Below, piece by piece: positions 19,870 through 30,274 of a DNA stretch of 52,510 nucleotides. Each line of letters begins with the position of its first letter. Positions within the stretch are counted from its first letter, which is position 1. The notes under the pieces were generated by a model, which was given only the letters and a program-made list of their open reading frames with translations, searched no databases and was not told the DNA's origin. Source of the stretch: an uncultured Candidatus Saccharibacteria bacterium (GTDB taxonomy: Bacteria; Patescibacteriota; Minisyncoccia; Phycocordibacterales; UBA918); contig CAZKFF010000009.1 in NCBI GenBank assembly GCA_964552045.1, positions 1 to 52,510 on the forward strand, read 5' to 3'. Position numbers and translations under genes: made by a program.

Positions 19870-20785
19870 AAAGATCAGGCGGATACTCATCATCAGCGCG
19901 GCGGTGCTGCTTCTGCTTTTTGTTGTGCCCAAACTGGCGGCATTCTCCGCATCGCTTATCATGTCGCCGTTGGCGCGCATGCAGACCTATCTCGCGCAAT
20001 CCTCAGACAGTTTTCCGCAGTATATACGCGACCGGAAAGCGCTGATCGCACAGATCGATGCGCTCCGTTCAGAGCAGGCGGGTCAGAGCGGGGAGCGGTT
20101 CACGCTCGAACTGCTATCGAAAGAGAATGAAGAACTCCGTTCGCTCCTCGGAGATCATGAAGAGAAGCGCATTGTTGCCGGCATTATTGGTCGGCCAAAC
20201 AAGCTTCCCTACGATGTATTGGTCATTGATAAGGGTTCTGAAGACGGCATCCTCGAAGGCGCGCCGATATTCATCGGAAGTAATACCGTCATTGGCGTGA
20301 CTCGTAAAGTGTTCGCCAAAAGTTCAGTGGTCGAGCTGGTGACCTCTCCGGGGTTCACCGCATCGGTCTATATTTTTGGGCCGAATATCTACACCAATGC
20401 GCAGGGCATGGGCGGGGGTCAGATGCGGGTGGGGGTACCGCAGGGGATCGCGCTCCATGAAGGCGATCTGGTCATTCTTCCGTCGGTATCCTCAGGCATA
20501 TACGGCTCGATAAGCGTGGTCGATTCCGTACCGACCAGGCCGGAACAGTACGGATACGTTTCTCCTGATATTCCACTGTCGTCGCTGCGCCTGGTGAGTG
20601 TCGGAGATACGCCGCTTGAACCGGTCACGTTCGAAGCGGCGCAGGAGATCGTCGCACAGACGCGCACCGAGGTGTTCGCGGTGCCCGTTCCGGAAGGGCT
20701 GTTGGTCACCACCGGCAGTTCCACGGCGACAACTTCAGCGACCACAAGTGCATCTTCGACCGAAACTACACAGACACTGCCATGA
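19814..20785 (+). CDS. mreC: Rod shape-determining protein MreC
   Basis: N-terminal TM, coiled coil ENEELRSLL, LVIDKGSEDGI motif; start uncertain (19808/19814), overlaps the mreB end. Confidence 0.88.
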   Translation: MKKSSLITRANSRRTSQSKKIRRILIISAAVLLLLFVVPKLAAFSASLIMSPLARMQTYLAQSSDSFPQYIRDRKALIAQIDALRSEQAGQSGERFTLELLSKENEELRSLLGDHEEKRIVAGIIGRPNKLPYDVLVIDKGSEDGILEGAPIFIGSNTVIGVTRKVFAKSSVVELVTSPGFTASVYIFGPNIYTNAQGMGGGQMRVGVPQGIALHEGDLVILPSVSSGIYGSISVVDSVPTRPEQYGYVSPDIPLSSLRLVSVGDTPLEPVTFEAAQEIVAQTRTEVFAVPVPEGLLVTTGSSTATTSATTSASSTETTQTLP

Positions 20786-21036
20786 TCCTTCGTCTTTTCT
20801 TATGTATAGGTCTCGTCTTGATCGCCGTTGCTGCACCGACGATCGTTTTCGCGCTGTGTGCATGCGCATATGCGCTGCGGTACACCGCATATGAGCTCGT
20901 CTGTATTGCTGCCGCGATTGATGCATACTACGGGGCGGGCACAATCATTCCATACTACACGCTCTGTGCCTGCGCAGGTCTGCTGATCATCGAATGGATT
21001 AAGCCGCGGATTTCGTTGTACAATGAGGCCTCATGA
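20782..21036 (+). CDS. Small membrane protein in the MreD position
   Basis: 84 aa, hydrophobic, ATGA-coupled to mreC and to the PBP2 gene. Confidence 0.6.
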   Translation: MILRLFLCIGLVLIAVAAPTIVFALCACAYALRYTAYELVCIAAAIDAYYGAGTIIPYYTLCACAGLLIIEWIKPRISLYNEAS

Positions 21037-22745
21037 TGTTTAAGCGCCCCAAAAAGAAGGAGGTTTCATTCGACGAAATACTGCTTGATGCATCTAATCT
21101 GCCGTCCTTCAACCAGGGAAGGATGGAAGGGCGTATAGAGCTGCCCATCACCAACAGGAATGTTGCAGTTGTAGGCATCATCTTTCTTTTGATATCAGGC
21201 TGGTTCCTGTATAAGCTGTTCATACTGCAGGTGGTGGAAGGCGCGCAGTTCAGGCATATAAGCGAGAACAACACCATCGACGAGACCATCATCATCGCTG
21301 AGCGGGGAGTGATCTACGACCGCAATGGCGAACTCATCGCCTGGAACGAACCGGACAAAAGCGACGAGTATACGTTTCCCATGCGCGCGTATACCAACCG
21401 CAAGGGACTCGGGCAGCTCACTGGCTACGTGAGTTACCCGCTGAAGGATGCAAAAGGATTTTATTACCGCACCGAATATCTGGGTCGGAACGGCATTGAG
21501 GGCGCCTATAACGGCCTGCTTGCGGGCCATAATGGGGAACAGCTGATCGAGAGCAATGCGCTCGGAGAGATCGTCGGTGAGCATGTGGTTGAACCTGCGG
21601 TCTCTGGCGAGCCACTGACGCTCTCAATTGATGCGCAACTGTCCGAGGCGATGTATAACATCATTGCCACAAGTACGGTGCAGGCAGGCTTTCGCAGCGG
21701 CGCGGCAGCGATCATGGACGTCCACACCGGTGAGATAATCGCGATGACGAGCTTCCCGTCGTACGACCCCGAGGTTATGGCCGACGGAGACGATGTCGCG
21801 CTTATTGAGCAATACAACAAGGATGATCGTTTCCCGTTCCTCAATAAAGTGATGGCCGGACTGTATGCCCCGGGATCGATCGTCAAACCGTTCATGGCAT
21901 ATGCTGCGCTCCAGGAAAAGATCATCGACCCTAATAAGATCATCGTCTCAACCGGCGAGATCGTCATACCGAACCCCTATGACCCGAGCAATCCTTCACA
22001 TTTCACCGATTGGCGTGCACACGGCCCGATGACCATGCGCGAGGCGATCGCGTTCTCATCAAACGTCTACTTCTATTACATCAGCGGCGGCTTTGGCGAC
22101 CAGAAGGGCATGGGCATCGAGATCATGGACCGGTATATGGACTTCTTCGGCTTCGGAAAAAAAACAGGAATCGTACTCGCCAATGAACAGGAGGGTGTGG
22201 TGCCCTCGCCGCAGTGGAAGGAAGAGGTGTTCGGCGAGGAATGGCGTTTAGGCAATACTTACCAGACCGCCATCGGGCAGTTCGGCTGGCAGGTGACGCC
22301 GCTCCAGATGCTTGTTGGTTACGCCGCGCTCGCCAATGGCGGAAAGTTCCTGGTCCCGCATTTGGTGAAGGACCAGCTTCCAGAGTACAAGGAAGAGGTG
22401 CTCAATCAGGAGAGCCTCACGATCATTCACGAAGGCATGCGCATGACCACGAACTATCCGGGCGGCACTGCACGGTCGCTTGAACGGAGCGATATCGCTA
22501 TTGCAGCGAAGTCGGGGACTGCTGAACTCGGCGTCGGCAATGCATATGTAAACTCATGGGCTGCCGGATTCTTTCCGTATGAGGATCCGCAGTACGCATT
22601 CATCCTCATGATGGATAAGGCGCCGCGCAGCAATGCGCTCGGCGCGACCCGTATCATGGGGGATATCGTACAGTGGATGAGTGAGCATACGCCGCAGTAC
22701 CTTGGTCTTGAAACAGCGGATGATATGCCGGACGATGCAGAATAA
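21033..22745 (+). CDS. mrdA: Penicillin-binding protein 2 (class B transpeptidase)
   Basis: ERGVIYDRNG; SxxK (GSIVK), SxN (SSNVYFY) and KSGT motifs; mre operon context. Confidence 0.92.
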   Translation: MMFKRPKKKEVSFDEILLDASNLPSFNQGRMEGRIELPITNRNVAVVGIIFLLISGWFLYKLFILQVVEGAQFRHISENNTIDETIIIAERGVIYDRNGELIAWNEPDKSDEYTFPMRAYTNRKGLGQLTGYVSYPLKDAKGFYYRTEYLGRNGIEGAYNGLLAGHNGEQLIESNALGEIVGEHVVEPAVSGEPLTLSIDAQLSEAMYNIIATSTVQAGFRSGAAAIMDVHTGEIIAMTSFPSYDPEVMADGDDVALIEQYNKDDRFPFLNKVMAGLYAPGSIVKPFMAYAALQEKIIDPNKIIVSTGEIVIPNPYDPSNPSHFTDWRAHGPMTMREAIAFSSNVYFYYISGGFGDQKGMGIEIMDRYMDFFGFGKKTGIVLANEQEGVVPSPQWKEEVFGEEWRLGNTYQTAIGQFGWQVTPLQMLVGYAALANGGKFLVPHLVKDQLPEYKEEVLNQESLTIIHEGMRMTTNYPGGTARSLERSDIAIAAKSGTAELGVGNAYVNSWAAGFFPYEDPQYAFILMMDKAPRSNALGATRIMGDIVQWMSEHTPQYLGLETADDMPDDAE

Positions 22746-22804
22746 TGCACACGTTGACCGACCCACTGTTCTGCGTATAATAAGCTTCAAATTTAGATAA
22801 CATT

Positions 22805-23275
22805 ATGAACGATACACAAGCATTTTTGACACCGGAGAAGTTTGCAGAACTTAAAGCAGAGCTCGAACACCTGAAGACCGTACGTCGAAAAGAAGTGGCT
22901 GAATCACTGGAGTATGCACGCAGTCTCGGCGACCTCTCAGAAAATGCTGAATATCAGGAAGCGCGCGATATGCAGGCGGCGATTGAGGAGCGTATCAATC
23001 ATCTCGAGAAGATCATCAAAGAGGCGAAGATCGTCGCGCACGACAAGAAAGGAGATGTCGTCGGATTGGGAACCCAGGTCACCATCCAGAAGGACAAGGA
23101 AGGAGCGAGCCACACCTACACGATCGTCGGTTCAGAGGAGGCAAATATCCATGACCACAAGCTCTCGTACCTCTCTCCATTGGGAGAAGCACTCATGGGA
23201 AAGACCAAGGGTGATTCGTTCAGCTTCGATACGCCTTCAGGCAAGCAGACCTACAAGGTGCTCAAGGTGCAGTAA
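22805..23275 (+). CDS. greA: Transcription elongation factor GreA
   Basis: ARSLGDLSENAEYQEA and SPLGEALMGK motifs. Confidence 0.97.
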   Translation: MNDTQAFLTPEKFAELKAELEHLKTVRRKEVAESLEYARSLGDLSENAEYQEARDMQAAIEERINHLEKIIKEAKIVAHDKKGDVVGLGTQVTIQKDKEGASHTYTIVGSEEANIHDHKLSYLSPLGEALMGKTKGDSFSFDTPSGKQTYKVLKVQ

Positions 23276-23325
23276 GAAAATAAAAGAGGCCGGGGACCGA
23301 AGGTCCCCGGCCTCTTTTATTTTCT
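23275..23325. terminator. Intrinsic terminator after greA (bidirectional)
   Basis: Perfect 24-bp arms with a GAA loop, flanked by A/T tracts. Confidence 0.85.
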
Positions 23326-23372
23326 CTGCAGCTGATTGCAAAAACGCCATTTCCCGTTACTATGTCACTATT

Positions 23373-24953
23373 ATGTTTTGGGCCGATAGGATAGCCGATG
23401 AAGTGCTGCGCAAATACGGACACATCGTCGAGGAAGGAAAACCGATCGTCATCCGCGACGAGAAAACAGCGTCAGGCAGAGTACATGTCGGAAGCCTCCG
23501 TTCGGCAGCGCTCCATGCGATGGTGGCGGATGTGCTTGCGCATCGGGATATCAAGGTTGAGTTCAATTTCGAGATCAATGATTTCGATGCGATGGACGGT
23601 ATTCCGAGCTATCTCAATGAGGCTGAATACAAGAAGTACATGGGCATGCCGCTTTTTATGATCCCGTCACCTGAGCCGGGATATGAGAACTTTGCGGAAC
23701 TCTATGGACAGGAATACGTCGAGGTGCTGCAGAAGATTGGTTTTAATGCGAAGGTTTACCGCGCAACGGAACTCTACAGATCAGGCAGGATGAATGATTC
23801 CATCCGGGCTGCTTTGGAAAAAAGAGATGTGGTCCGCCGCATATATAAAGAGGTTTCAGGAAGTGAGAAGAGCGCAGACTGGTATCCGCTCAATGTCGTG
23901 TGTGAACACTGCGGCAAGCTGAGCACCACAACCATCACGGATTTCGACGGAGAGACCGTCGGATACCGCTGCACCAATGAGGCAGTGACGTGGGCGGAAG
24001 GGTGCGGACACCACGGACGTATCTCTCCGTTTGACGGCAACGCGAAACTTCCGTGGAAACTCGACTGGGGAGCGAAGTTCAAAGCCGTGGGCGTGCATTT
24101 CGAAGGCGGCGGGAAGGATCACTATTCAAAAGGGGGTGCACGAGCGGTCGCTGAAGCGATCTGCCGTGAGGTATTCGAGTATGAGCCGCCGTATGGGGTC
24201 TTCAATGAATTCTTTCTCGTCGGCGGCAAGAAGATGTCCTCCTCAAAGGGTAATGCCGCAACCGCTGTTGCACTCTCTGAACTCCTGCCGCCGCACATTC
24301 TGCGCCTTCTGCTCATAAAGACGCCGATCAACCGGCAGATCAACTTCGATCCGCAGGGGGATGCGCTGCCGGTATTGTTCGATACGTATGACAAGCTCGC
24401 AGAGAAGTATTGGGACGGGATACAGGACGATGATACGCAGGTATTCTCATTCGCACATTTGCCCTATAAACGCGGTCATATCCCGAAACGCTTCCTGCCG
24501 CGGTTCTCGCAGATAGCATTTCTGGTACAAATGCCGCACATCAGCCTTGAAGAAGAGCTCGTTGCTATGAAAGGATCGTCGCTTACACCGGAGGATATGG
24601 ATGAGATAGACGAGCGCATACACTACGCAAAGCTGTGGCTTGCGAACTATGCAGATGAGGCCTTCATATTCAAATTGCAGGATGAGCTTCCGGAAAAAGC
24701 GCGCATGCTTACAGCAGAACAGAGAAGCGCGCTCCATCTTTTTGCAGATAAACTGGAGATGCAGGAATACAAAGACGGGGCGGCGATACACGAGCTTACC
24801 CATAGCGTCAAAGAAGAGTCAGGACTTGATGCAAAATCCTTCTTCACCGCAGTGTATGTTGCTTTCTTGGGAAAGGAGAGCGGACCGAAAGTAGGATGGT
24901 TCTTAAGCACGCTTGATACTGATTTTGTGATTGCCCGTCTGCGCGCTGTGTAA
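23373..24953 (+). CDS. lysS: Lysine--tRNA ligase, class I
   Basis: MFWAD start, TASGRVHVGSLR (HIGH-like), KLPWKLDW, EGGGKDH and KMSSSKG motifs. Confidence 0.95.
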   Translation: MFWADRIADEVLRKYGHIVEEGKPIVIRDEKTASGRVHVGSLRSAALHAMVADVLAHRDIKVEFNFEINDFDAMDGIPSYLNEAEYKKYMGMPLFMIPSPEPGYENFAELYGQEYVEVLQKIGFNAKVYRATELYRSGRMNDSIRAALEKRDVVRRIYKEVSGSEKSADWYPLNVVCEHCGKLSTTTITDFDGETVGYRCTNEAVTWAEGCGHHGRISPFDGNAKLPWKLDWGAKFKAVGVHFEGGGKDHYSKGGARAVAEAICREVFEYEPPYGVFNEFFLVGGKKMSSSKGNAATAVALSELLPPHILRLLLIKTPINRQINFDPQGDALPVLFDTYDKLAEKYWDGIQDDDTQVFSFAHLPYKRGHIPKRFLPRFSQIAFLVQMPHISLEEELVAMKGSSLTPEDMDEIDERIHYAKLWLANYADEAFIFKLQDELPEKARMLTAEQRSALHLFADKLEMQEYKDGAAIHELTHSVKEESGLDAKSFFTAVYVAFLGKESGPKVGWFLSTLDTDFVIARLRAV

Positions 24954-24985
24954 CTTCGTATCGACTCTTTTTGTACTACTCATAT

Positions 24986-25708
24986 ATGCATATCGGCATC
25001 ATCATGGACGGCAATGGGCGCTGGGCGACGCAGCGAGGGTTGCCGCGCCTGCGTGGACACAAACAGGGAGTACAGACTGTGAAAGACGTCATCCGTGCAT
25101 GCCCATCGCTCGGCGTTGATACAGTGACGCTGTTTGCTTTCGCCATCGCTAACTGGAAGCGCGACAAAGAAGAGGTAGACGGACTCTGGCTCCTGTTCCG
25201 CATATTCATTGAGCAGGACCTTGCTGAGCTCACGAAGCAGGGTGTCAAAGTGATCGTGATCGGCAATCGGGAAGGTCTGCCGTCTTCAATATTGGATGCT
25301 GTAGAGACTGTGGAAGCCAGGTCGCGCGAGAACACGCAGTTTCTGCTGCAGGTTGCGCTCAATTACGACGGTGTCGATGAGGTTGTCCGCCTCATACGGC
25401 AGACCATGACAAACGGCGTTTCAGCTGACGCGGTCACTCCTGCGTATGTGCGGGATCATTTGGATACGCACAGCGGCAATGACCCGGACATTGTGATCCG
25501 CACCGGCATGCCCACACCCAACGAAGGGATGGGTGTATGGCGCAGCTCCGCGTTTCTGCCGCTCCAGTCTGCACAATCAGTGTGCGTTTCGACTGATGTG
25601 CTCTGGCCGGACTTTACGCGTGATGACCTTATAAAGATAATCGAGTTTGCCGATCCGAATGCACGGCTCTTTGGAGGGCAAAGAAAAGTTGCAACTTCCG
25701 CTGCATAG
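24986..25708 (+). CDS. uppS: Undecaprenyl/polyprenyl diphosphate synthase (cis-prenyltransferase)
   Basis: HIGIIMDGNGRWA, NWKR, ALNY, DPDIVIRT and LWPDF motifs. Confidence 0.93.
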   Translation: MHIGIIMDGNGRWATQRGLPRLRGHKQGVQTVKDVIRACPSLGVDTVTLFAFAIANWKRDKEEVDGLWLLFRIFIEQDLAELTKQGVKVIVIGNREGLPSSILDAVETVEARSRENTQFLLQVALNYDGVDEVVRLIRQTMTNGVSADAVTPAYVRDHLDTHSGNDPDIVIRTGMPTPNEGMGVWRSSAFLPLQSAQSVCVSTDVLWPDFTRDDLIKIIEFADPNARLFGGQRKVATSAA

Positions 25709-25752
25709 TTTCAGTTAGAGAAACCAGGTTGTTCCAGAAAGGGGAGAAGAAC

Positions 25753-25920
25753 ATGCATTCAAAACCAACGCCGCTGTATGACCTATTCGAAGGGCTCGGA
25801 CGCCGCCGCGCGCTGCGCAAAGCAGGCTTTGATCCTGATGTGCTCGTGTACAAGAACGGACGGATGCCACAGGAGGTTCCGTGCAAAGATGAAGAGAAGG
25901 AGCCGGAAGAGGCTGCATGA
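25753..25920 (+). CDS. Small hypothetical protein (55 aa)
   Basis: GGGGAG SD before the ATG; followed by two hairpins. Confidence 0.45.
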   Translation: MHSKPTPLYDLFEGLGRRRALRKAGFDPDVLVYKNGRMPQEVPCKDEEKEPEEAA

Positions 25921-25956
25921 TGATTACAGGCATCCGCGCCTGTAAAGACAAAAAGA

Positions 25957-25989
25957 AAGACCTTGCGCATGAGATATGCGCAAGGTCTT
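25957..25989. terminator. Hairpin between convergent genes
   Basis: aagaccttgcgcat-gagat-atgcgcaaggtctt. Confidence 0.6.
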
Positions 25990-26017
25990 ATTCGTTGTCG
26001 CCGTCGACAGTTCGTGC

Positions 26018-26536
26018 TTACACCGGCCAGCCCATGGCGCGGGCGATGGCGAATGCCTTGTCAGGGCCGTCGGCCTCGACGATGATGCAGTTCTCACCGG
26101 CTGCGGCGCAGCGCTGCAGTGCGCGTTCGACGTTCGAGCCGGTGCCGTTGTTCAGGCGCGCCGCGTTGTGCGTGCCGTCGTAGTACCGCTCGTGCTTGAA
26201 CACGGCGAACTTGGTCGGTCCCGAGAGGTCGATGCCCATGACGTCGGTCTTCCCGGCGGGCTCATCGTTCTGCGGAGCGTTGCCCGAACTGACCGCGTCT
26301 CCGCGGCAATAGATGCCGGCGCCGGCATGGCCATCTGCGAAGCGCTTGCACTCGGCGAAGACACGCGTGCCGAGGTTCGGGTCAGGAACCTGGTAGGTGC
26401 CGTCGGAGAGCTGCTTAGGCGAATTGTAGATGCCGCTCCAGTTGTCGTCCATCGACGCATAGGCAGCGAAGGAAGGCGAGGCGAACATGAAGGCTGCCGC
26501 GATGATCGTTGCAGCCGTGATCGGAAGGAACTTCAT
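26018..26536 (-). CDS. Secreted hypothetical protein (signal peptide, four Cys)
   Basis: MKFLPITAATIIAAAFMFASPSFA signal peptide; AAGGAGG SD; strongly G/C-ending codons. Confidence 0.75.
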   Translation of the reverse strand: MKFLPITAATIIAAAFMFASPSFAAYASMDDNWSGIYNSPKQLSDGTYQVPDPNLGTRVFAECKRFADGHAGAGIYCRGDAVSSGNAPQNDEPAGKTDVMGIDLSGPTKFAVFKHERYYDGTHNAARLNNGTGSNVERALQRCAAAGENCIIVEADGPDKAFAIARAMGWPV

Positions 26537-26747
26537 GGCGGAACCTCCTTGTTGGTGCCAATGAATACAATTACTATATCATACTTTTAATAATATGTAA
26601 AGCTCATTCAGTATACTCACACGAAGGGACACATACTCCATAAGCAGTATTCGCTTCGGACATGAAGAAGTGATGAGACCATACTTTTCGTATCTTTTGA
26701 AAATGCTGCGTTTTAACGCATGCTTATCCCCAAAAAAGTTTATTGAT

Positions 26748-26803
26748 GTGGTTGATGGTGGGATAAGGTGGTGTATAGTGTAGGAGTGGTGGGAGATAGT
26801 AGG
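26748..26803 (+). promoter_or_regulatory. MraZ-binding direct repeats (dcw promoter)
   Basis: GTGG-like boxes at 26748, 26758, 26768, 26778, 26789 and 26799 (10-11 bp period) directly upstream of mraZ. Confidence 0.75.
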
Positions 26804-26836
26804 AAATGGCATGAAAGTGTCATAGACTAATTAAGT

Positions 26837-27271
26837 ATGCTGATTGGCGAATACAAGCACACGTTGGATACCAAGAAACGGCTGTCCATGCCGTCTAAAT
26901 GGCGGAAGGAACTTGGTACTACGCTTGTCGTCACTCGCGGACTTGATAACTGTCTCTTTGTATATCCCCAGACACAGTGGGAGCAGATCACTGAAAAGAT
27001 AGGTCAGCTTCCACTGGGCCAGGCGGATACAAGGGGATTCAACAGATTCTTCTTATCCGGAGCTGTAGAGGTTGAGGTAGATAGTGTTGGACGTATTCTC
27101 GTTCCAGATTTTTTAAAGGATTTCGCAGGACTCGAAGTGAAGGTGGTCCTCGCCGGAATCTATGATCGTGTAGAAATTTGGGCTGAGAATAAATGGGAAG
27201 AATACAAACGCCGCATTGAAGGTCAGGCAGATCAGCTTGCTGAGAAGCTTGGAGACATTGGCGTCCTGTAG
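26837..27271 (+). CDS. mraZ: Division/cell wall cluster transcriptional repressor MraZ
   Basis: GEYKHTLDTKKRL, TRGLDNCLFVYP, DSVGRILVP and RVEIW motifs. Confidence 0.97.
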   Translation: MLIGEYKHTLDTKKRLSMPSKWRKELGTTLVVTRGLDNCLFVYPQTQWEQITEKIGQLPLGQADTRGFNRFFLSGAVEVEVDSVGRILVPDFLKDFAGLEVKVVLAGIYDRVEIWAENKWEEYKRRIEGQADQLAEKLGDIGVL

Positions 27272-27310
27272 CCATCTACAACCACACGCTCGTGCGTAAT
27301 ACCAAAGCTT

Positions 27311-28210
27311 ATGAAGCACATCACAGTCCTACAAGGGGAAGCTATTTCTATGCTGAATCTTTCAAAGGATTCAGTTGTTGTCGACTGTACGCTCGGCAGC
27401 GGAGGACATGCACGGGAAATACTCAAAATATTGGGAAAAGAAGGAACCTACATCGGCATAGATGTTGATGCCTCGGCGCTGCAGGCGAATGCCTCGCTTC
27501 AGGAGCACACAGACGCGAAGGTCATTCTCGTTGAGGGCAACTTCCGTACTATCGGAAAGATACTCGACGACGCCGACATACTGCAGGCGAACGCTGTGCT
27601 TGCAGATCTCGGCTGGCGCATGGAGCAGTTCGACGGGGAAGCGGGCGATCCGCGGGGCTTTTCATTCCGCAGAGACGAGCCGCTGTTTATGACCTACGGC
27701 GATGCAGGGAAGTATCCATTCACGGCGTACGAGATCGTCAACGACTGGAAAGAGGAGGACATCGCCAATGTCATCTATGCCTATGGAGAGGAGCGGTTCT
27801 CGCGCCGTATCGCACGGAAGATCCTCGAAACGCGGGAGCTTTCGCCCATTGCCACATCAAAGGAACTGGCATCCGTGATCGAGGAAGCGGTACCGAGAGT
27901 CTATGCACGCAAACGCATCCATCCGGCAACAAAGACCTTTCAGGCCTTGCGTATTGCGGTCAATGACGAATTCGATGCACTGCGTGAGCTTCTCCTTGAC
28001 GGGTTTGCCCGCCTTGCACCTGAAGGCAGGATGGCGATCATCACATTCCACAGCCTTGAAGACCGGATAGTGAAGGAAACCTTCAGAACATACACACGCG
28101 ATCAGAAAGCAGTGCTCGTACACAAAAAGCCAATCGAGCCATCACAGGACGAATTACAAGAGAACCCCCGCGCGAGAAGTGCAAAACTGCGGGTTATACA
28201 AAAAATTTGA
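27311..28210 (+). CDS. rsmH: 16S rRNA m4C1402 methyltransferase
   Basis: HITVL, DCTLGSGGH, ATKTFQALRIAVNDE, ITFHSLEDR and NPRARSAKLR motifs. Confidence 0.97.
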   Translation: MKHITVLQGEAISMLNLSKDSVVVDCTLGSGGHAREILKILGKEGTYIGIDVDASALQANASLQEHTDAKVILVEGNFRTIGKILDDADILQANAVLADLGWRMEQFDGEAGDPRGFSFRRDEPLFMTYGDAGKYPFTAYEIVNDWKEEDIANVIYAYGEERFSRRIARKILETRELSPIATSKELASVIEEAVPRVYARKRIHPATKTFQALRIAVNDEFDALRELLLDGFARLAPEGRMAIITFHSLEDRIVKETFRTYTRDQKAVLVHKKPIEPSQDELQENPRARSAKLRVIQKI

Positions 28211-28215
28211 TGCAT

Positions 28216-28536
28216 ATGAACAGAGCAGCTACACAGACAATCAATATCGAGAAAACGCTTTTTGCGGCATTCTCATCGCTTGCACTGCTTTTGTTCTGTC
28301 TCTATGTATACTTCGTGAGCGCATCAGTGGTGCATGTGGTCATCCGCACCGAGATCGACCAGGAGATCACCAAGATCGCCACAGAAATAAGCGAGCTCGA
28401 ATCGGAATATATCGCCGCGCAGCACAAGGTCAGTTCTGATATCGCTTCGCTGCAGGGGTATACGCAGTCGGGTACAAAAATATTCATTGACAGGACGCCT
28501 GCAAGCCTTGTGCTTTCTACGCAGGCGGGCCAATAA
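28216..28536 (+). CDS. FtsL-like bitopic coiled-coil protein
   Basis: Single TM plus coiled coil, located between rsmH and the PBP gene. Confidence 0.6.
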   Translation: MNRAATQTINIEKTLFAAFSSLALLLFCLYVYFVSASVVHVVIRTEIDQEITKIATEISELESEYIAAQHKVSSDIASLQGYTQSGTKIFIDRTPASLVLSTQAGQ

Positions 28537-28546
28537 TTGAGGGATC

Positions 28547-30271
28547 ATGAGGAAGAGCGCCATTTTCAGAATACGCATCATCACCGGCGTGGTGCTTTTT
28601 TTGGCCGTTGTACTCTTGTGCAGACTCTACCAGATACAGATACTTGAGCACGACAACTATATAGAAAAAGCGCAGCGGCAATATGTGCATACGGTAAAGG
28701 AGCTCTACAGCCGCGGCAGCATTTTTTTCACGACAAAAGACGGCGAAAAAGTGTCGGCAGCGACCATACAGTCCGGATATCTGCTCTCGGTTGATCCGAC
28801 GCGTATTGATGACCCGGCACATACCTACGAGCAAGTACAGTCCGTGTATGCGCTTCCGCTTTCGCGGGAGGAATTCATAGAGAAGGCCGGCAATAAAGAA
28901 CGAACGTATCAGGAGATCGCAACACACGTAAGCAGGGAAGAGGCAGATGCTATAGAAGCGCTCGGTCTCTCCGGCGTACAGCTGTACCGCGACCAATGGC
29001 GCTATTATCCTGGAGATGATCTGTCGGCGCGGACTATCGGCTTTGTCGGTTACACGGAGGACTCCGCTGATACGCTCACTGGCCGGTATGGTCTTGAGCG
29101 CTACTACGACGATATTCTTTCGCGCGAGGACGGGCGGATCTCCGTCAATTTCTTTGCGGAGATATTCAGTAATCTCGGCAGCGTCATATTTGACAATACT
29201 GAAGCACGAACCGGTGACGTGGTCACAACCATAGAACCGACCATAGCACGCATGCTTGACGGCGAACTGCAAAAAGTGCAGGAGATGTACAACAGTACGC
29301 TCACCGGCGGCATCATCATCAATCCGCAGAACGGCGAGATCTATGCGCTCAATGTCGCGCCCACGTTCAATCTCAATGACCGCGAGGGTGCGACGCTGGC
29401 AGAGTTCAGCAATCCTTTGGTGGAGGATGTGTACGAGATGGGTTCGATCATCAAGGCGCTCACCATGGCCTCGGGCCTGGACAGCAGGGCGGTTGATGCG
29501 GCTACCACCTATTATGACCCGGGAAGGATCACGCTCGACGGATACACGATCAGCAACTACGACGGCCGGGGCAGAGGCACCGTACCCATGCAGCAGGTGC
29601 TCAACCAGTCGCTCAATACGGGCGTGGCGTTCATTGTGAAGACCATGGGAAAGGAGAAGTTCCGGGAATATTTCAAAGCGCTCAAGTTCGGCAGTGAGAC
29701 CGGCGTCGATCTTCCGAACGAGACCTATGGACTCATCAGCAACCTGGACTCTCCGCGTGATGTTGAATATGCAACAGCATCATTCGGGCAGGGTATAGCG
29801 CTTACTCCGATCGCTACCGTGCGTGCGCTTTCGGCGCTCGGCAATGGCGGAAAACTCATCACACCGCATATTGCCAAGCGCATCGAATATCAGGACGGAA
29901 CATACAAGGATATAACCTATCCCGAAGGCGACCGAGTATGGAGCGAAGAGACGAGCGAAGAGATCTCGCGGATGCTCACGATTGTGGTGGATGAAGCGCT
30001 CGGCGGCGGGAAGGTGAAGCTAGACCATTATTCGGTCGCGGCAAAGACCGGAACGGCGCAGATAGCGGACAATGTCAACGGTGGCTATTATGACGACCGT
30101 TTCCTGCATTCGTTCTTCGGCTATTTCCCGTCATATGATCCGCAATACCTTATTTTCCTGTATACTGTTGAACCAAAAGGAGTACAGTATGCTTCTGAGA
30201 CGCTAACCACGCCGTTTATGGATCTTACGAAATTCCTGATCAATTATTATAATGTTCCGCCAGACAGATAA
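28547..30271 (+). CDS. ftsI: Division class B penicillin-binding protein (FtsI-like)
   Basis: RGSIF; YEMGSIIK (SxxK), SLNTG (SxN) and AKTGTAQ motifs; dcw context. Confidence 0.88.
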   Translation: MRKSAIFRIRIITGVVLFLAVVLLCRLYQIQILEHDNYIEKAQRQYVHTVKELYSRGSIFFTTKDGEKVSAATIQSGYLLSVDPTRIDDPAHTYEQVQSVYALPLSREEFIEKAGNKERTYQEIATHVSREEADAIEALGLSGVQLYRDQWRYYPGDDLSARTIGFVGYTEDSADTLTGRYGLERYYDDILSREDGRISVNFFAEIFSNLGSVIFDNTEARTGDVVTTIEPTIARMLDGELQKVQEMYNSTLTGGIIINPQNGEIYALNVAPTFNLNDREGATLAEFSNPLVEDVYEMGSIIKALTMASGLDSRAVDAATTYYDPGRITLDGYTISNYDGRGRGTVPMQQVLNQSLNTGVAFIVKTMGKEKFREYFKALKFGSETGVDLPNETYGLISNLDSPRDVEYATASFGQGIALTPIATVRALSALGNGGKLITPHIAKRIEYQDGTYKDITYPEGDRVWSEETSEEISRMLTIVVDEALGGGKVKLDHYSVAAKTGTAQIADNVNGGYYDDRFLHSFFGYFPSYDPQYLIFLYTVEPKGVQYASETLTTPFMDLTKFLINYYNVPPDR

Positions 30272-30274
30272 GAC

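Noticed and set aside
22914-23372. N-terminal extension of the 679-aa lysS ORF
   Set aside because: It overlaps greA in another frame and crosses its terminator; class I LysRS begins at MFWAD (23373).
26725-26733. DnaA-box-like words (ttatcccca here, ttatcaaca near 45977)
   Set aside because: They are isolated single-mismatch boxes with no cluster and no dnaA, so they are not evidence for oriC.
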